Shown one piece after another: positions 14,236-28,154 of a DNA stretch of 64,000 bases. A program made the position numbers and the translations under genes. How positions within the stretch are numbered: the stretch's first letter is position 1; each line of letters begins with the position of its first letter. The notes below the pieces were generated by a model. The model was not told the DNA's origin, searched no databases, and worked only from the letters and a program-made list of their open reading frames with translations. This DNA comes from Adineta vaga (taxonomy: Eukaryota; Animalia; Rotifera), in contig CP075494.1 in assembly GCA_021613535.1 (NCBI GenBank), positions 9,672,001 through 9,736,000 of the forward strand, in the 5' to 3' direction.

Positions 14236-17200
14236 TTAGGCTGTTGCATTTAAAGACATTTGTTTCTGTAATTGAATTGATTCTGCTCTCGATCGGCGTG
14301 TACGATTAGGACGTGGACCTAAAAAGTAAATAAAAAGATAAACAGAAAATTATTCTTTATCTCATTTACCAATATAACTAAGTAGAACAGGTAAAAAGAT
14401 TAAACCATGTGCAGCACCAAAGGAAACAATACAAATGAACATTCGAAAATAAAATATATGAAATAATTGAGAATGTGAAAAACCGAGCACAACGATGCCA
14501 CCGATTTTTGTTAATGTAATTCCACTGAATACCTATTAATAACAAAATAATTTTCTATCTTTAAAAACAAACACTATTTATCATTTACCGAACTACCCAT
14601 ATCAGCAAGTGCATGCTCAGCACGTTTTAATTTTGATCGTTGTATTGAAAGAACAAAATCTCGACAAATATGCGCACAAAATTCAAGTGAAATACCAACA
14701 GACATAACAAGATTAACTAATGATACAGCATTTAATTCAATATTCCATAAATACATCATACCAAGCATATCGCACGTTATCCTAAAATGAACAAATTCTT
14801 TTCTCTTTTCATTCAAATTATTATTCTAATTCTTACATTGTTATAGTTAAAGTAATAATAAATGCTGAAATAATGTCCAATCCAAGGAGAATAAATGTGA
14901 CAATAAAGATCGCAGTTGCTGATATGGCAAGATTCATAAAAGAATCATGCCATATAGTTAAATATTGTTCATAGAAGACATAAAATATACTAAAAAAAAC
15001 AAAGTAATTATTGAAAATGTCTCTCATTTTTGATTGTCTTACCTATATGGAAATACTTCAATATCATAACCTTCTTTTTTCAATGCTTTTGTTATATTAT
15101 CAGTTAAACTGTAAGCTTGTTGCATTGCATCAATAAAATCATTGGAATTTATTAATAAACTATGATAACCCATGATAAGACTTGTTTCAACTGAACGATT
15201 ACTTTCAAATAATTTCACACTACTACCATGTGCAGCATGTCCACCTTTTGCACATTTTAAATTTGGATTATCTTTTAAGAAGAATGGTAAGAATTCTTTG
15301 AATTCATTTTCGGTTAAATCTTCACGTGTTGTCCCATCTGTACACACGTGACATTTGGCATGTGGCGATGATTTTGTTGAACAAAATTCGTTTGTTTCAT
15401 CATGTAAACGACAGCATGGTGTTGAACCACGATGACGTAACCAATCATAATAATCATCTAACCATGTTGTACCAATTTGTGCAAGACGTGTTTCAGCAGG
15501 ATAAAGAGAAGCGATGCCCAATTGATTTGCAATTGATTGTGATGAACAACCAGCACTAGAACATATCATATTGCTTGCATTTGAGTGACCATAATTAATG
15601 CCTAAAAAAAAATAATATTTAATCAAAATAAAATAAATTGAAATCGATTTACCTGGTTTAATGATAAAATAAACTGGTGGTCCAACAGCAAAATATTGTT
15701 TTAATGAAGCGAAATAATCATTCATATAAGAATCTTTTGGCATAGCTATATTTTGTTCTAAACCAATTTTAACATATGGTATTAAAGCAATACTTGATGC
15801 AAGCCAAGTAAAAAATATAAAGATCACAAATGGTCGAACATAATCACTCATAATAAATGGTGCATAGTAACGTTTGAATATTCGAAATAGAAATCCATCG
15901 GTTTCAGTAAGATTCTCTTCATTTAATTCAGTTTCTGTTGGATGTGGATGTCGAGATTTTGATGATTTAAAACAACAAAATACATCGAAACGTTTGTTTA
16001 GAGTACGCTTTTGATCCAAGGTAATTAAAGACACAAAAACTGTTATTTGAAGAAGAAAATCAATTAAAACAGACATTCCAGCATATAAACTGAACAATCG
16101 AACGGCAGGCATTGGTGTTAATGCTCCAAGAAAAAATGCGATACTTTCCGAAACTGATGTTAATAACATTGCTGGACCAACACGACCAACAATTCGAGCT
16201 ATTTGACATTCAACATCTTCATCAGGTAAACGACGATCACGTTGAATTGTTTGTGTTAAAATAAAGATATTATCTAGAAATCGAAATTGAAATTATTAAT
16301 AATTCAAATATCATCCATTCACTTACCAACACCAACTGCTAAGACTAAAAATGGTATAACTTCAAAGATAATCAATGTTGTTGGTATTCGCATATAGGAA
16401 AATATTCCCACACTAGCCCATACACTCAAGGCTACTAATATAACACCAGCAATACCTAATGAAACTTTCATATCAACTAGAATATGTCGAACATTTCGAA
16501 TGCGACCCAATGCAATAGCAATATATAAAAACATGATCATATAAGAAATAAGCACTGTTTTTATATCTGAATTTGATTCACGTTCAATTTCATCTTCAAT
16601 CGATCGTTCTGCACGATAACTAACATCGAACCATTTGGAATTATAATTTTTCATATATTCAAGAAAATGTTTTTCCCAAAGAAGAGCATTTTCAAGTTCT
16701 TCTCCCTGTCGTCGATTGTTAATCGTTATTGTAATTACTAAAGCTTGCGCTTTTGTATAATCAGGAACATTATCATGTGTTGGAAATGCTCCAAGAACCA
16801 TGTAAGGATCGACGGGTCCACCAAATTGTGCCATACATGTTCGTTCAAATGATTTTGTTTCTTGCGTAATCGGTGATTGCATACATTCGAGATATTGAGA
16901 TGAGTATAAAGATTCATTGAGAAGAAATGTGAGATTATTTTGATGATATTGAAATAAAGAAAAGATTGCACAATGATTATTATCGGGTTCAAGTGGTTTA
17001 AAACAAGTTTTATTTAATGAAATAATTTCACCAGACTTGGTTGTTGCATTTAAATTTTCAATTGATAATTGTAAACGTAATGCATCGAGAAGAAAATTTC
17101 GTTCGAAAACAGGTCCAAAGGTATGTTTTTCTTCAGCTTCTAATGGAGTTTTATATCGAAGAACAAGATTATCCTTATTTTTCGGTACAAGAATTAAATG

Positions 17201-19341
17201 AGCAATACGATAAAACGGTCTAAAGTTAAAAAAATCTATAGAAAATTTTCATCCTTCAGTTTTCCTATTCATACCCGAATTTCTCATCGAAATAGGCTTT
17301 TTCTTGACGTGCACGAGAATTTGGTGCAACCCAAAGATCAACAGGATCTGTTGTTACGGTATAATATCGACTGCCATAACACAATACAAACAAAATTGCT
17401 ACAACAGGTACAATAGTATAAAATGGATTATAAGCACAAAATCGTCCGATTCTAAAATTTAAAACAAATCATATATTCAACACTCATATATTCAATAACA
17501 TGAAACAACATACGCTGTAAACATTGTATGAAGATTATCATCGATTTTGACACCTAATCGATCTAATAGTCCATTACTATCATCACCATCGAATGATGCT
17601 TCGGATTCATCTTCATCTTGTGTTGGCAATGGTATATGATGATGATCCGAGAAGTTCTTTGTTCCATCATCACTTTCAACCGATTTACGATTTCGTAGAC
17701 CTGGAAAAACAAACAAAGAAAAAAGAATGTTATCTTATCAAAAAAGATCAATCAATCAATCATTTCTTACTTGAAGGAGAATTTCTTTTTCGATTGGTTT
17801 TTACATTCCATACACACATAAGAACATTAGTAATAGTAAAAACAATAACAAATAGAAAATAAAGAACAATTGCTGCAATTGTAATTCGATGTAATTCACT
17901 GAATTTTGATTTAATTCGTTCAATGAATGAACTCTTCGATGTAATAATTACTTTATTTTTCGTTATATTTGCTACTTTTGGACACATTGCATTACAATCC
18001 TAGAAAATCAATCTCAAATTGTAATAAATCTGAACATTTTTTTCTCTTCAAGTTTACTCGATAGCATTTATTACATATATATTTTAATTCGTTATTGCCC
18101 TTTTCAAATCGACTATACTGTCAAAAACGTGATAAAAACATCTCTAGTGCTCCATAATCAATAGGTCATTTGCAAAGGTTATTATGTTTATTTTTGCGCC
18201 ATAAAAAAGAGATCTGTTATGAATTTCCTTGAAATAACAACAAAACATCAAAATCAATCTTTCTGACGAGATTAAAACCCTTGATAATTTCCTCTTAATG
18301 GGTCTAATAACATCTGCTATAAATCAAATTACTGAGGCGTTCATTTACAATAGAAATCAATTACATACCATGCAGGTACATTTCTGTCTGGAAACATGTG
18401 GTAAAATAACGGGTTGATCACAAGCAAACATTGTTGCTGATGATGGTTGAAATGTTCGTTGAAGTTCATGATCAAAATAAGTATCATTAATAAAAACAAA
18501 ATCAATTTTAATAGGTGATTGAGTATTTTTTAAACCAATATATTGAAAAAGTTTTTTCACATCACAAGCACGATTTAATGAACCACAGAGAATATCAATA
18601 GCATATTGAAAATTGATTCGAACACTCCTATTGAAAGGAAAAGAAAAGATGAAAGACGATCAAATGAATGAAATTTACCAGCATGAATCAATAAAATCTT
18701 GAGCTTGTTTTTCCGATAAGAAATAGCGTAGTTTACTTATAACATTCACCGTTTCAATTGGTTTCGATGGAAGTTTTCCAACTGATTTATCTTTTTTTTC
18801 TTCGTCTTCTTCTTCTTCTGGATCTTCATAATCTTGCAAAGCCCACTCTGATCTGATCGTTTCATCTGTCATCACGTTTCCATCATTATTTGGTCGAACT
18901 ATATTTGTCGTTTCTAATGGCCATAAGAACTGATCTTGATCAGGACTACAAGCCATTTCGCATAAAATTCGTAAGAAATTATAATAACACGATGGACAAC
19001 GACCAATAAGATTATCTAACATATATTTAAATTTTCGCATTTCTGTTAATTGTTTTCCATCACAACATAAATTTGGTGAAGCACCTGAAAAAAAAGAAAA
19101 AAGAATCTTCATGCATATTCCTGTCAAAATAAAACAAAATCCTGAATTATTTACCATTTTGTGTTGCTATATGTGGACACATTTCATTCAAAAGAAAGGT
19201 ATCATTTAATGGCAACGGTTTTGGTTCACCATGCAAATAAACTTCATTATAACTATCACGTATACCTTCATACCAAATGCATTTTGAATTAATATTTGGT
19301 AAGGAAAAAGTTAAAATAAGAAAGATTAGAATTTGGAACAT
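14236..19341 (-). CDS. NPC1: Niemann-Pick C1 sterol transporter (multi-exon)
   Basis: Signal peptide followed by CIWY; N-terminal domain [12 protein letters not shown]; sterol-sensing domain [20 protein letters not shown]; TPMPAV; VGPPVYF; CAKGGHAA; [23 protein letters not shown]; [15 protein letters not shown]. Confidence 0.96.
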
Positions 19342-19855
19342 TTGAAATTAAAAGAGATTCGGAACGTATGCGGATATTTGTAAGGTTATATATATATATA
19401 TGTATATATATGTATGAATGACGTCAAATTGTCAAGATAATATAGCAGTAAATATTGGTAGTGTATAGATGAGTAACATTAAGGGATGTTTGATGTAAAG
19501 AAAAAAGGTTTTGTATGTTTTTTTATATATATTATGGCCTTATTATCAGCTGTACGTACTACGCATTCATTCTTCGTTCTTTTTTTTTGTTATGATAGAT
19601 ACGACCAATCAGTATTGATCCTCAACATCGAACCATACGTTTCGTCTGTTCTTTTATTTGTTACGTCCGTCCCGCAATTGCTTCTCGTTCTTCTTCTTCC
19701 TCCATCTTCGTCCGCCTCCAACGTTCTTTCTCTCGCATACATAGAACTCACTCTAAGCCCTCCTTTTTTTATTTGTTCTGTCAAACAGACATACTTTTCA
19801 AGTATTATTATATAAACATTTGAAAGAAAAGCAGACACATTGCGTGATGATCGTC

Positions 19856-20780
19856 TCATTCTTTCGTGATTGAGAAAAGAAGAATGTCATGTCCCGCCAC
19901 AATATTTGGATAAATTGTTTCGCCATTGAAATTCTTTAATGGCACCATTTCTAACTTGAAATCCCACATACCAATCAGATGATTCAATTTTAACATTGTG
20001 CTTCGACTAAAACAACAACAAGAAAAAAACAAATAAGAATTAGCCAAACATAGCAACACTGTTTCTCTCTCTACCTTCGTCGTTCGATAGTTCCAATAAA
20101 TTTCAATGATGATTGTCCATGTGAAAACAGTTTATCGAGTAGAGCAAGAATTGTTTCAAAATCTATAGAAATTTCGTTTATTTTCTATGAAAATTCTTCT
20201 TTTACCTTTTTTATGAAAGAATATATCTGAACCCAATATGATATCGATATTCATCGACAAGTATTTCTGAATTAGTTCATCGATACTTTTTTCATCATAC
20301 CAATCAAGAAATTCAATACGAATCCGATCGGCTATCATTTGATTTTTTGTGATCGCCTCACGTATCAATGGTAACCATTTATCTGGTTTTGGATCATCAC
20401 ATAAAACAACATTATGTGCACCGATTTTTGCGGCGACAAGACCTGGTAACGAAGTGCCTGCACCAATCTTGACAAGCATAGAAGGACAAGTAAATTATTG
20501 ATCAATGACAAACTTTGCTATACTACTTCAAGGATATTTTTTCCGATAAAATCATTTCGATGATACCAAATATATTGAGCAAGTATTGGTGAACATGGCC
20601 AAAGATAAAGACCATAGGATGATGATGATGTATCAAATGTCTAATTAAAATAGAATACACCAATTTTGTTTATTCATTTTTCGATTCAAACACCTCTAAT
20701 ATAGTCACAGAGATTGATGCTTTATCATTCTTATCATCATCAGAAAATACTAATTGACGACTGGAATATAATTGTGACAT
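19856..20780 (-). CDS. METTL23: METTL23-like seven-beta-strand methyltransferase (5 exons)
   Basis: YGLYLWPCSPILAQYIW, SAM motif ILEIGAGTSLPGLVAAKIGA, LDW and ILGSDIFF. Confidence 0.85.
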
Positions 20781-22287
20781 GCTAAAAACAAACAAACTGT
20801 TTATTGTGCATGAAAAATAAAGATATCTATGCAAATTAGTATGCTTCAAAAAACAGAATAACAAATATGATATTTCCTTTCGGTTTGTTTTTTTGATAAT
20901 ATGTTATTGATCAAATATTAGCTGAAGTGGATAACAACGTTATATCCAAATGAATTATCAAACGAAAAAGAAAAATCTTTTGTACAAAGAATGAATGTAT
21001 TTGCTAATGAACGTTTTTACATAAAACATACTTTTTAGGAATGAATAGGATTTAATATTTATATTGATTTAAATTACATCAACTTTGCTTAGATTGTTAT
21101 ATTATATCATTTTCAAAAGCTATTATTCATTCATTTCATTTCATTTTAACATTGTTGAATCATAGACATTCTTCGAAGTAGCATGCAATTATTCGAAAGA
21201 GGTCAGTCTTGTACAATTGAAATAGCTTCATAAACTTATCAAAAAAAGTTGATGATAATCATTAAATCTATTCGCTATAAAGTTACTGTTTTTGAAATGA
21301 ACTCATCTTGAGTAATTTCATAGTCATTTAGAAAAGAAGACTCCAATCCTTGAAAAAACTATCTCAAGTATAAAGTCTTCTTGATCACTCCATTTATAAT
21401 GACAACTGACATATATTTTATGATCTATATTCATAGATTTGTTTTTGTTTTGTTTTGGAACAAAAATACATTCTAAACACACGTTTGTTTATGAATTACT
21501 TCAAAAATTATTTATAGAATATCTTCATAGATATCTAAATCGAAATATAATTACTCATATATTGTTTTGCTCTATTAACATATGATTCACAATGTCATAT
21601 ACATGACTTCCAACAACTATTCGAACTGTCAATCAGTTTTTCTGACGACTGTGTTTCGACATATGCATGCATGAAAGCATACGGCTGTTACAATAGCAAG
21701 ACGACAAGCATTGATGCTAGGATGATGTTGTCTTTAATCCAATAAACAAACTTCTTATACACAAGACGAGTCTCCATAGAGAAAATACTATGCGCATTAT
21801 CATATCTAATCGTTTAGAGAACGTTTCATGCAATTTCTTCGATTTCTATTGAAAAGTAAAGAGCTTTCGTATATCTTATCATTTCATGTACTTCAAATAA
21901 GTAGAAAATACGAATAAATCAGTATATTATATAGTACCTCTTAGCATAGCTACTAAGACGCAATTTTTGTACAGAGAGTATAACCATTTCTATACATTAC
22001 ATATATGTATAAGGTTTCAACATTTCTGTCTTCTCTTTCCGCATATCTATCGATGTATCTTTTCCACTTTCGCTTGTTTCCTCCTCCGCTTTCTTTTCTT
22101 CCCATATGCGTAATGTACAACCCACATAATGCAAGGATATTTTCTTTTTTTGTTTGCCTTCTGCCTGTTATGTCCACTATGGCTGGTAAATGGTTTCTAC
22201 ATATTCTAACTCGTTAACACATTCAATACAAAAGACTCGTTTTCTTTCTTTGATAAAACGGATATATTTTTAGATTATTATCATATT

Positions 22288-23142
22288 ATGGGGAATAAAA
22301 CGAGTAGTAAAGGAAAAAAAGATCCAACAATATTAACGGATGAAGATTTAAAAACATTAAAAGCAAATACACAATATACGGAAGAAGAAATTCAAGCATG
22401 GCATTTCGGTTTTCTCAAAGATTGTCCCACGGGTAAACTTGATCGAAAGCAATTCCTTCATGTGTATAGAGTAAGTAGAATTAACTCAATGAATTTATCA
22501 TTTATATCTTTGTATAGAGATTCTATCCCGAAGGTAAAGCAGATAAATATTGTAATTTTGTATTCAAAGCATTCGATACTGACAATAATAATTGGATTGA
22601 TTTCACGGAATTTTTGTAAGAAAAACTATCTTTGTTTTGCTTATTTTCATTTAAAAGTTTGTATTTTAAAGATTAGCTGTGGGCGTATCTCAACATGGAA
22701 ATCTTGAAGATAAATTAAAAATGGCTTTTGATATCTATGGTAATAATATTATTTTCTAAACTAACCGATATAGAAAACATTTTGTTTTTGTATTTAGATC
22801 AAAACAAAGATGGAGTTATTAATCGAAAAGATATGGTAAAAATTATTGAAGCTATGTATGATCTAGCTAATGAAGACGATCGAAGTGGTGATAAAGCACC
22901 TGATAAACGTGTAGATCTAATAATGCAACGATTAAATAAAGAGAAAGATGGTTCGATTAAAATTCTTTCATTTTTATTGAAATTTTCTTTTCTTTTCTAT
23001 AGATGTTGTAATTCGAAATGAATTTATTCAAGGTTGTCTTCGCGATGAATTATTACGTAAAATTCTTGCACCAAATACATCCGTTGTATCTGAGGAACAG
23101 GATTCTAATTCATCATCAACTATAGTGAATGAAAGTGTATAA
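22288..23142 (+). CDS. Neuronal calcium sensor (NCS/neurocalcin-like) EF-hand protein, copy 1
   Basis: MGNKTS myristoylation site; WHFGFLKDCPTG; EF loops DTDNNNWIDFTE and DQNKDGVINRKD; 5 exons. Confidence 0.92.
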
Positions 23143-23804
23143 AATTTAGAATGTATATTATATTCTCAGACTTATTTTCTTCTATTCTATCATATTAAAG
23201 ATCAAATATTAACGTTCAAGTTTTCTTTTTTAAATATTTAATTTATCGACAAACGAATGTATAGTATAGCTATAAATAAACATATGAAATAATCATTGAA
23301 TTTGTTGTTTGTATCCATTTCTGATATGATAAGTATAATATTCTGCTGACAAGTCATACGATTAGGTTCTCTTGGATACAAATAATCTACTCGAAAAAAT
23401 ATAATGAATTGTTATTCTTGAAAGTCAACTTTAAGTTCGATATAATCATCATGACCTGACAAAAAGTCATATGGTAAATCAATCGTTTTAGACGACAATG
23501 AATGCTTACAATGTGACATTATTCTCAGCAAATCAACGATTCGTTATTCATTATGGTTAATTTTAGATTGAAGAGATGTTTTGTTGAAAAGTCTTCCTCC
23601 ACCACCCATTCGGTTGTTTTTTTTTGACTGTTTGGAAGAAACATCGTAGCATTTCGATCGCTTTAGTGTGTCGAGAAATCGTCAGCGTCTTATGTAAACA
23701 AACGATTGCTCTTATTTTTAAGGCATTAATAGTGTTCTTTCGTCTGCTTTTTCAAATCTACGAAAAAAAATACAGTCACAACAGCATTCTTGCATAAATC
23801 ACAA

Positions 23805-25109
23805 ATGTCTCAATCATGCGCGATTTCAACATGTAGACGCGTATCACGCACATTATGCTATGGATGTAATCAAAATTTTTGTCGTGAACATATGGTTGAA
23901 CATGATTTATCGTTAAATTCACAATTAAATCCCTTATCAGATGAAATCAATGCACTTGGTGAACGTTTAAAATCTATAAATCTTAAAAATGCAATTGGTA
24001 TTACACATCAAAAACTTGAACAATGGCGTTTAGATTGTCGTAAAACGATTGATTCTTTTTTCGATCAAAAATGTCAAGAATTAGATCGATATGTTGCAAA
24101 ACGAATGGAAAAACAACGTGAACAAATTTCACATATGCGTACCAAAATGTCTCAATTAATCAGTGAACAAGAAGCCACACATAAAGATATTGATTCTCTA
24201 ACAGTAACCGTTCGTGATCTTGAACGTGAAATAGCTCAAATTGAGCAAACATCGATTCAAGTCGAAACGAAATCCTTAATTTTAGATGACAGTTTAATTC
24301 ATATTGAAAATTTAGATGTCAATCGTTTTGATTTATCGACTTTATCATCTGTTTATAAAACAATAAATTATCCACGAGAAAATTGGGCACCATTAACATG
24401 TAATAATCGATATTTATTAATTCATCAAGAACCAAATCTATGTTTAATTGATCAAGATTTAAATGTTATTAAACAAAATTCATGGATTTATGGAACCATT
24501 TATGATATGTGTTGGTCATCAACATTGAATCGTTTTATTGTTATTAATGGTAGTGATGTTTTTCTTGTTGATGAGACTCATATGTCTATTGAAAATATTC
24601 AAACGCTTCAAAAGCGTAAATGGTTATCATGTACAACATCGGAAACATCTTTATTTCTTTCCACGAAAGTTTGGGGTTCATCAATTATGGAATTTAGTCT
24701 ACTACCGACGATTGAACTTGTTAAACAATGGCAATCACCGGATACATGTGCACGTGATGAAGTTATTAATGGTATTGTTTATAATAATGATACACTTGTT
24801 CTTATGATTAAAAATCCATCGGAAAAAACGATTCATATCGAAATGAGATCATCAGCAACATTAGATCGTTTGTGGTCTGTACGATTAAATATTGCATATA
24901 GTCTAAATATTCGAACACGATGTTGTCTACTTTCAAATGATCAATGGTTAGTTGTTGATCGAAATACATCAAGAATTTTACATATATCAAAAGATGGTAA
25001 AGTGAAAGCATCAACGACATATACTCCCCCACCATTTTGTGCTGCTCTATTCAATCAAGATATGTTAGCGATATCAACAGCACGTGGTGTGAACTTACAT
25101 AGACTATAA
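23805..25109 (+). CDS. Intronless TRIM-like protein: Cys/His B-box-like finger, coiled coil and putative beta-propeller
   Basis: N-terminal C-x4-C-x7-C-x2-C-x4-C-x2-H-x3-H, a helical E/K/Q/L-rich segment, then beta-rich repeats (IYDMCWSSTLNRFIV; WLVVDRNTSRILHISKDG). Uninterrupted ORF of about 434 codons. Confidence 0.75.
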   Translation: MSQSCAISTCRRVSRTLCYGCNQNFCREHMVEHDLSLNSQLNPLSDEINALGERLKSINLKNAIGITHQKLEQWRLDCRKTIDSFFDQKCQELDRYVAKRMEKQREQISHMRTKMSQLISEQEATHKDIDSLTVTVRDLEREIAQIEQTSIQVETKSLILDDSLIHIENLDVNRFDLSTLSSVYKTINYPRENWAPLTCNNRYLLIHQEPNLCLIDQDLNVIKQNSWIYGTIYDMCWSSTLNRFIVINGSDVFLVDETHMSIENIQTLQKRKWLSCTTSETSLFLSTKVWGSSIMEFSLLPTIELVKQWQSPDTCARDEVINGIVYNNDTLVLMIKNPSEKTIHIEMRSSATLDRLWSVRLNIAYSLNIRTRCCLLSNDQWLVVDRNTSRILHISKDGKVKASTTYTPPPFCAALFNQDMLAISTARGVNLHRL

Positions 25110-25876
25110 TAAAAACAAAATGATTAAATTCCTATTTTTTTAATATTTGCATATTTCATCAAAATGATAGAATGAATGATTGACAACCATCGAGAAAGAA
25201 AAAGATCTTATTTAATATAAAAACACACAAAGAGAATGAGTTTCAACAAAAATAAATTTCTCATATTATAATTGTCAGATGATTAAACAAATGTTCTACT
25301 TGATTACTTAAGAGTAATAAAGATCAATTGGGATTATTCTAGTTTAATTATTTATAGTCTCTAAGGAAATAAATCTTATTGAAAATTTTCATGATTAGCG
25401 GTATGACTTAGATAAATCGGTTTGAAATTCATATATTGATATGCATCTATGTGGAAAATGTCTCTTCGTTTAATTGACAAATGTCATTTTAGATTTATAT
25501 ACACGCATTTCTGCTTTAACTGATAAGTTAATTGTATTTTTGTGAAGAGAATAGGTTGAATAAATTCTCCGATACAACTTTCCTCGACTAAACAAACTAG
25601 TAGAAAAAGAAAAAAACCGAGAGATGTAAGACTTAAGTAGTATGCTCGTTATTTTCTCTAACATGAATAGGAAGAAAAAAAACTCGAGGAGAAAAACATC
25701 GACGAATGCTCACAACATAGAACATGTATGCAAATGATCTATCTCGCGAGAGAAGGATAGAGAAGAGGAAAAAAATTGCTTCTATTCATTTACTAACAAG
25801 GACATAACTAAAAAACATTGTGTCTATGTTTTATGAACATTTTCAACATTAGTTTATTCGTTTTTCTAGATCGATC

Positions 25877-26665
25877 ATGGGTTCGTCTTCAAGTAAAATC
25901 AGTGCTGAAGTTTATGATTCCATTGCAAAATATACGGAATTAACACAAGATGATATTCTTGCATGGGAAGAACGTTTTACTCAACAATGTGATCCAGGTT
26001 CAACAAAAATGAATAAAGAACAATTTTGTAAATTTTATCAAGAACTTCGACCAACGGAAAATGTTAAGCGTTTAAGTGAAAATGTTTTCCGTGCATTTGA
26101 TTTAAATGGCGATCATGGTATCAGTTTTTCCGAAGTAAATCCATTAGTCAATTTTCTTTTTCTTCTCTCATCAGAACATCTGAAATATAATTTTCTATGA
26201 CATCTTGAGAAAAACTATTCACAACGGATTTTTCTCGACCAAGATAAATAGTTACTGATTAGAAGAATGCATCTTTTGTAGATAACCATTAAAAGATTGT
26301 TAGTAATTCAATTATGGAAAAATTTCGATTTTTCTTCTTTTGTTTCCTAGTTTCTTATTGCCTATGTAGCAACAACTGAAGCACCCTTAGAACAAAAACT
26401 TCGCTATGCATTCAATGTATACGATTTAGATCATAATTCTATGATTGATCGTGCTGAAATTTTATTTATTTTACGTGCAATGTTTCAATTATTAGGAATG
26501 AATGATGATAAACCGCATCAATATTCGTATGAACAATGTGCAGATACGATCATGAAAAATCTTGATGCTAATGATGATCAACGTATATCAAAAGAAGAAT
26601 TTATTCAAGGTTTAAAACAAGATCCATTCTTACGAAGTTTAATGAATCCTTTTTCAAATGATTAA
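25877..26665 (+). CDS. Neuronal calcium sensor-like EF-hand protein, copy 2 (2 exons, intron about 26135-26350)
   Basis: MGSSSS myristoylation site; FRAFDLNGDHGISFSE; YAFNVYDLDHNSMIDRAE; LDANDDQRISKEEF. Confidence 0.9.
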
Positions 26666-27162
26666 CACTTTTTTCTTATTTTTCTTATATTTTGTTGTTT
26701 CGTCATGTGTCCGTATATCGAGATGTTTTAGAATCAATTAAACCGACTTTATCATGAAACAATATTTTAACTGAAAAGACGAAACTATATGGTATTTGAT
26801 TTACAGAGAAAAGAATTCAAGATACACTTACTAAAGTTCTTTCGAACAACAGTTGATGACATGACAAGTAAACAATTCTTTTCTTGACTTCCTGCAATTA
26901 CTTCCTTATTGTGATGTGTAGTTGTTATATTATCATTGACATAACCAATGTATGCTTTGACGTAGTCGTTAGAATCATTTAGTAACTTTACTTTGCAAAA
27001 TGAGAAATTCAAGGGTACTTCGTCGTCATGTGTATCTCACAAATTACCATATGATGAATTATTTAATTCGCAATTTTATTTGAAAATATATCACAAATAG
27101 TTCGTAAAGATGAAATAAATATATTAATAGGAAAGAAAACAATGATTTCACTAATGGAGTAA

Positions 27163-28154
27163 TCACGAAAGATATGAGCGTTCAAGATTGAAATCGTAAT
27201 AAAAAATTTGTTCAATTTCGTAAGGCGAGAGAATTCGAAATGAATCACTATCGAAGAAATTGTCTTTATTATTACGATTAGTTGATAGATATTTTGCATT
27301 GATCTGAAATGGAATGCCATCAAGCATTTCTTTTCCATCACTTTTTTTTGTCATCGTATTCGTATTTGAATGTTCGGTTGAACCATAATGTGGTGAATAA
27401 TTATGTGGATTGGGATAAATATTCGAGGGAGTTTTGGAATAACTTGGTACAGTGCCTTCTTTTATACACATCTGTAAACCATTTATTTCTCCAATTATGG
27501 TATAAGATTGTGGTGGTCGTTTTGTACGATATAGAAATGTTATATCGCAGATACATTTGAGTCCTGTTTGTCGTTCGACTAGTTTGATACAAATCGTTCG
27601 TTTTGTTGTAGCTTTTTCTTGTCCATCGTAGGTGTGAGTTAAAGCAATGTATGGTGGTGGTGGAGTATCACGTTCATGAATAAGTTTGATATCCTCAAGA
27701 ACATAGGCTTTATCACTAATTAAAGTGTGAGGACTATGAGTTATACAAATAAAACGATCTTTTCGTTCAAAAAAAGTATCAGGCATTAGATCAGCATCTT
27801 TACTACGATCATCATATACTAAAATGGAAAAAGAGAAATTTTTCCTATGATTTATATTGATATCAGAATATTCTCTAGAAAATTCATAATTCGTATCAAT
27901 GCGTAATGATAAAGTTTCATAATTAATTATTTACCTTTTCGAATACATGTATATCCAGTTGGTACAGATTCAGGTTTGGAAACAAGACAAATACCAGTTA
28001 TTGGTAAATTACTTTCATCCATTGATGTTAGTGATAATGATTGTAAAGGATCAATATTATTTTCGTCACTATTGACAATCTCGTCAGAGTTATGTTGCTG
28101 TTGAGAGAATAATGTTGTAGGTAAAGAAAATAAAAAATTTGATATGGAGGCCAT
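27163..28154 (-). CDS. MVB12: ESCRT-I subunit MVB12 (MABP and UMA domains; 2 exons)
   Basis: PITGICLVS..VPTGYTCI..DADL..F..KDRFIC (MABP); LDGIPFQIN and YDFNLER (UMA). Confidence 0.88.

Noticed and set aside
26785-27012. 75-aa minus-strand ORF downstream of MVB12
   Set aside because: Non-ATG start, no recognisable motif, and it lies in convergent 3' UTR space.
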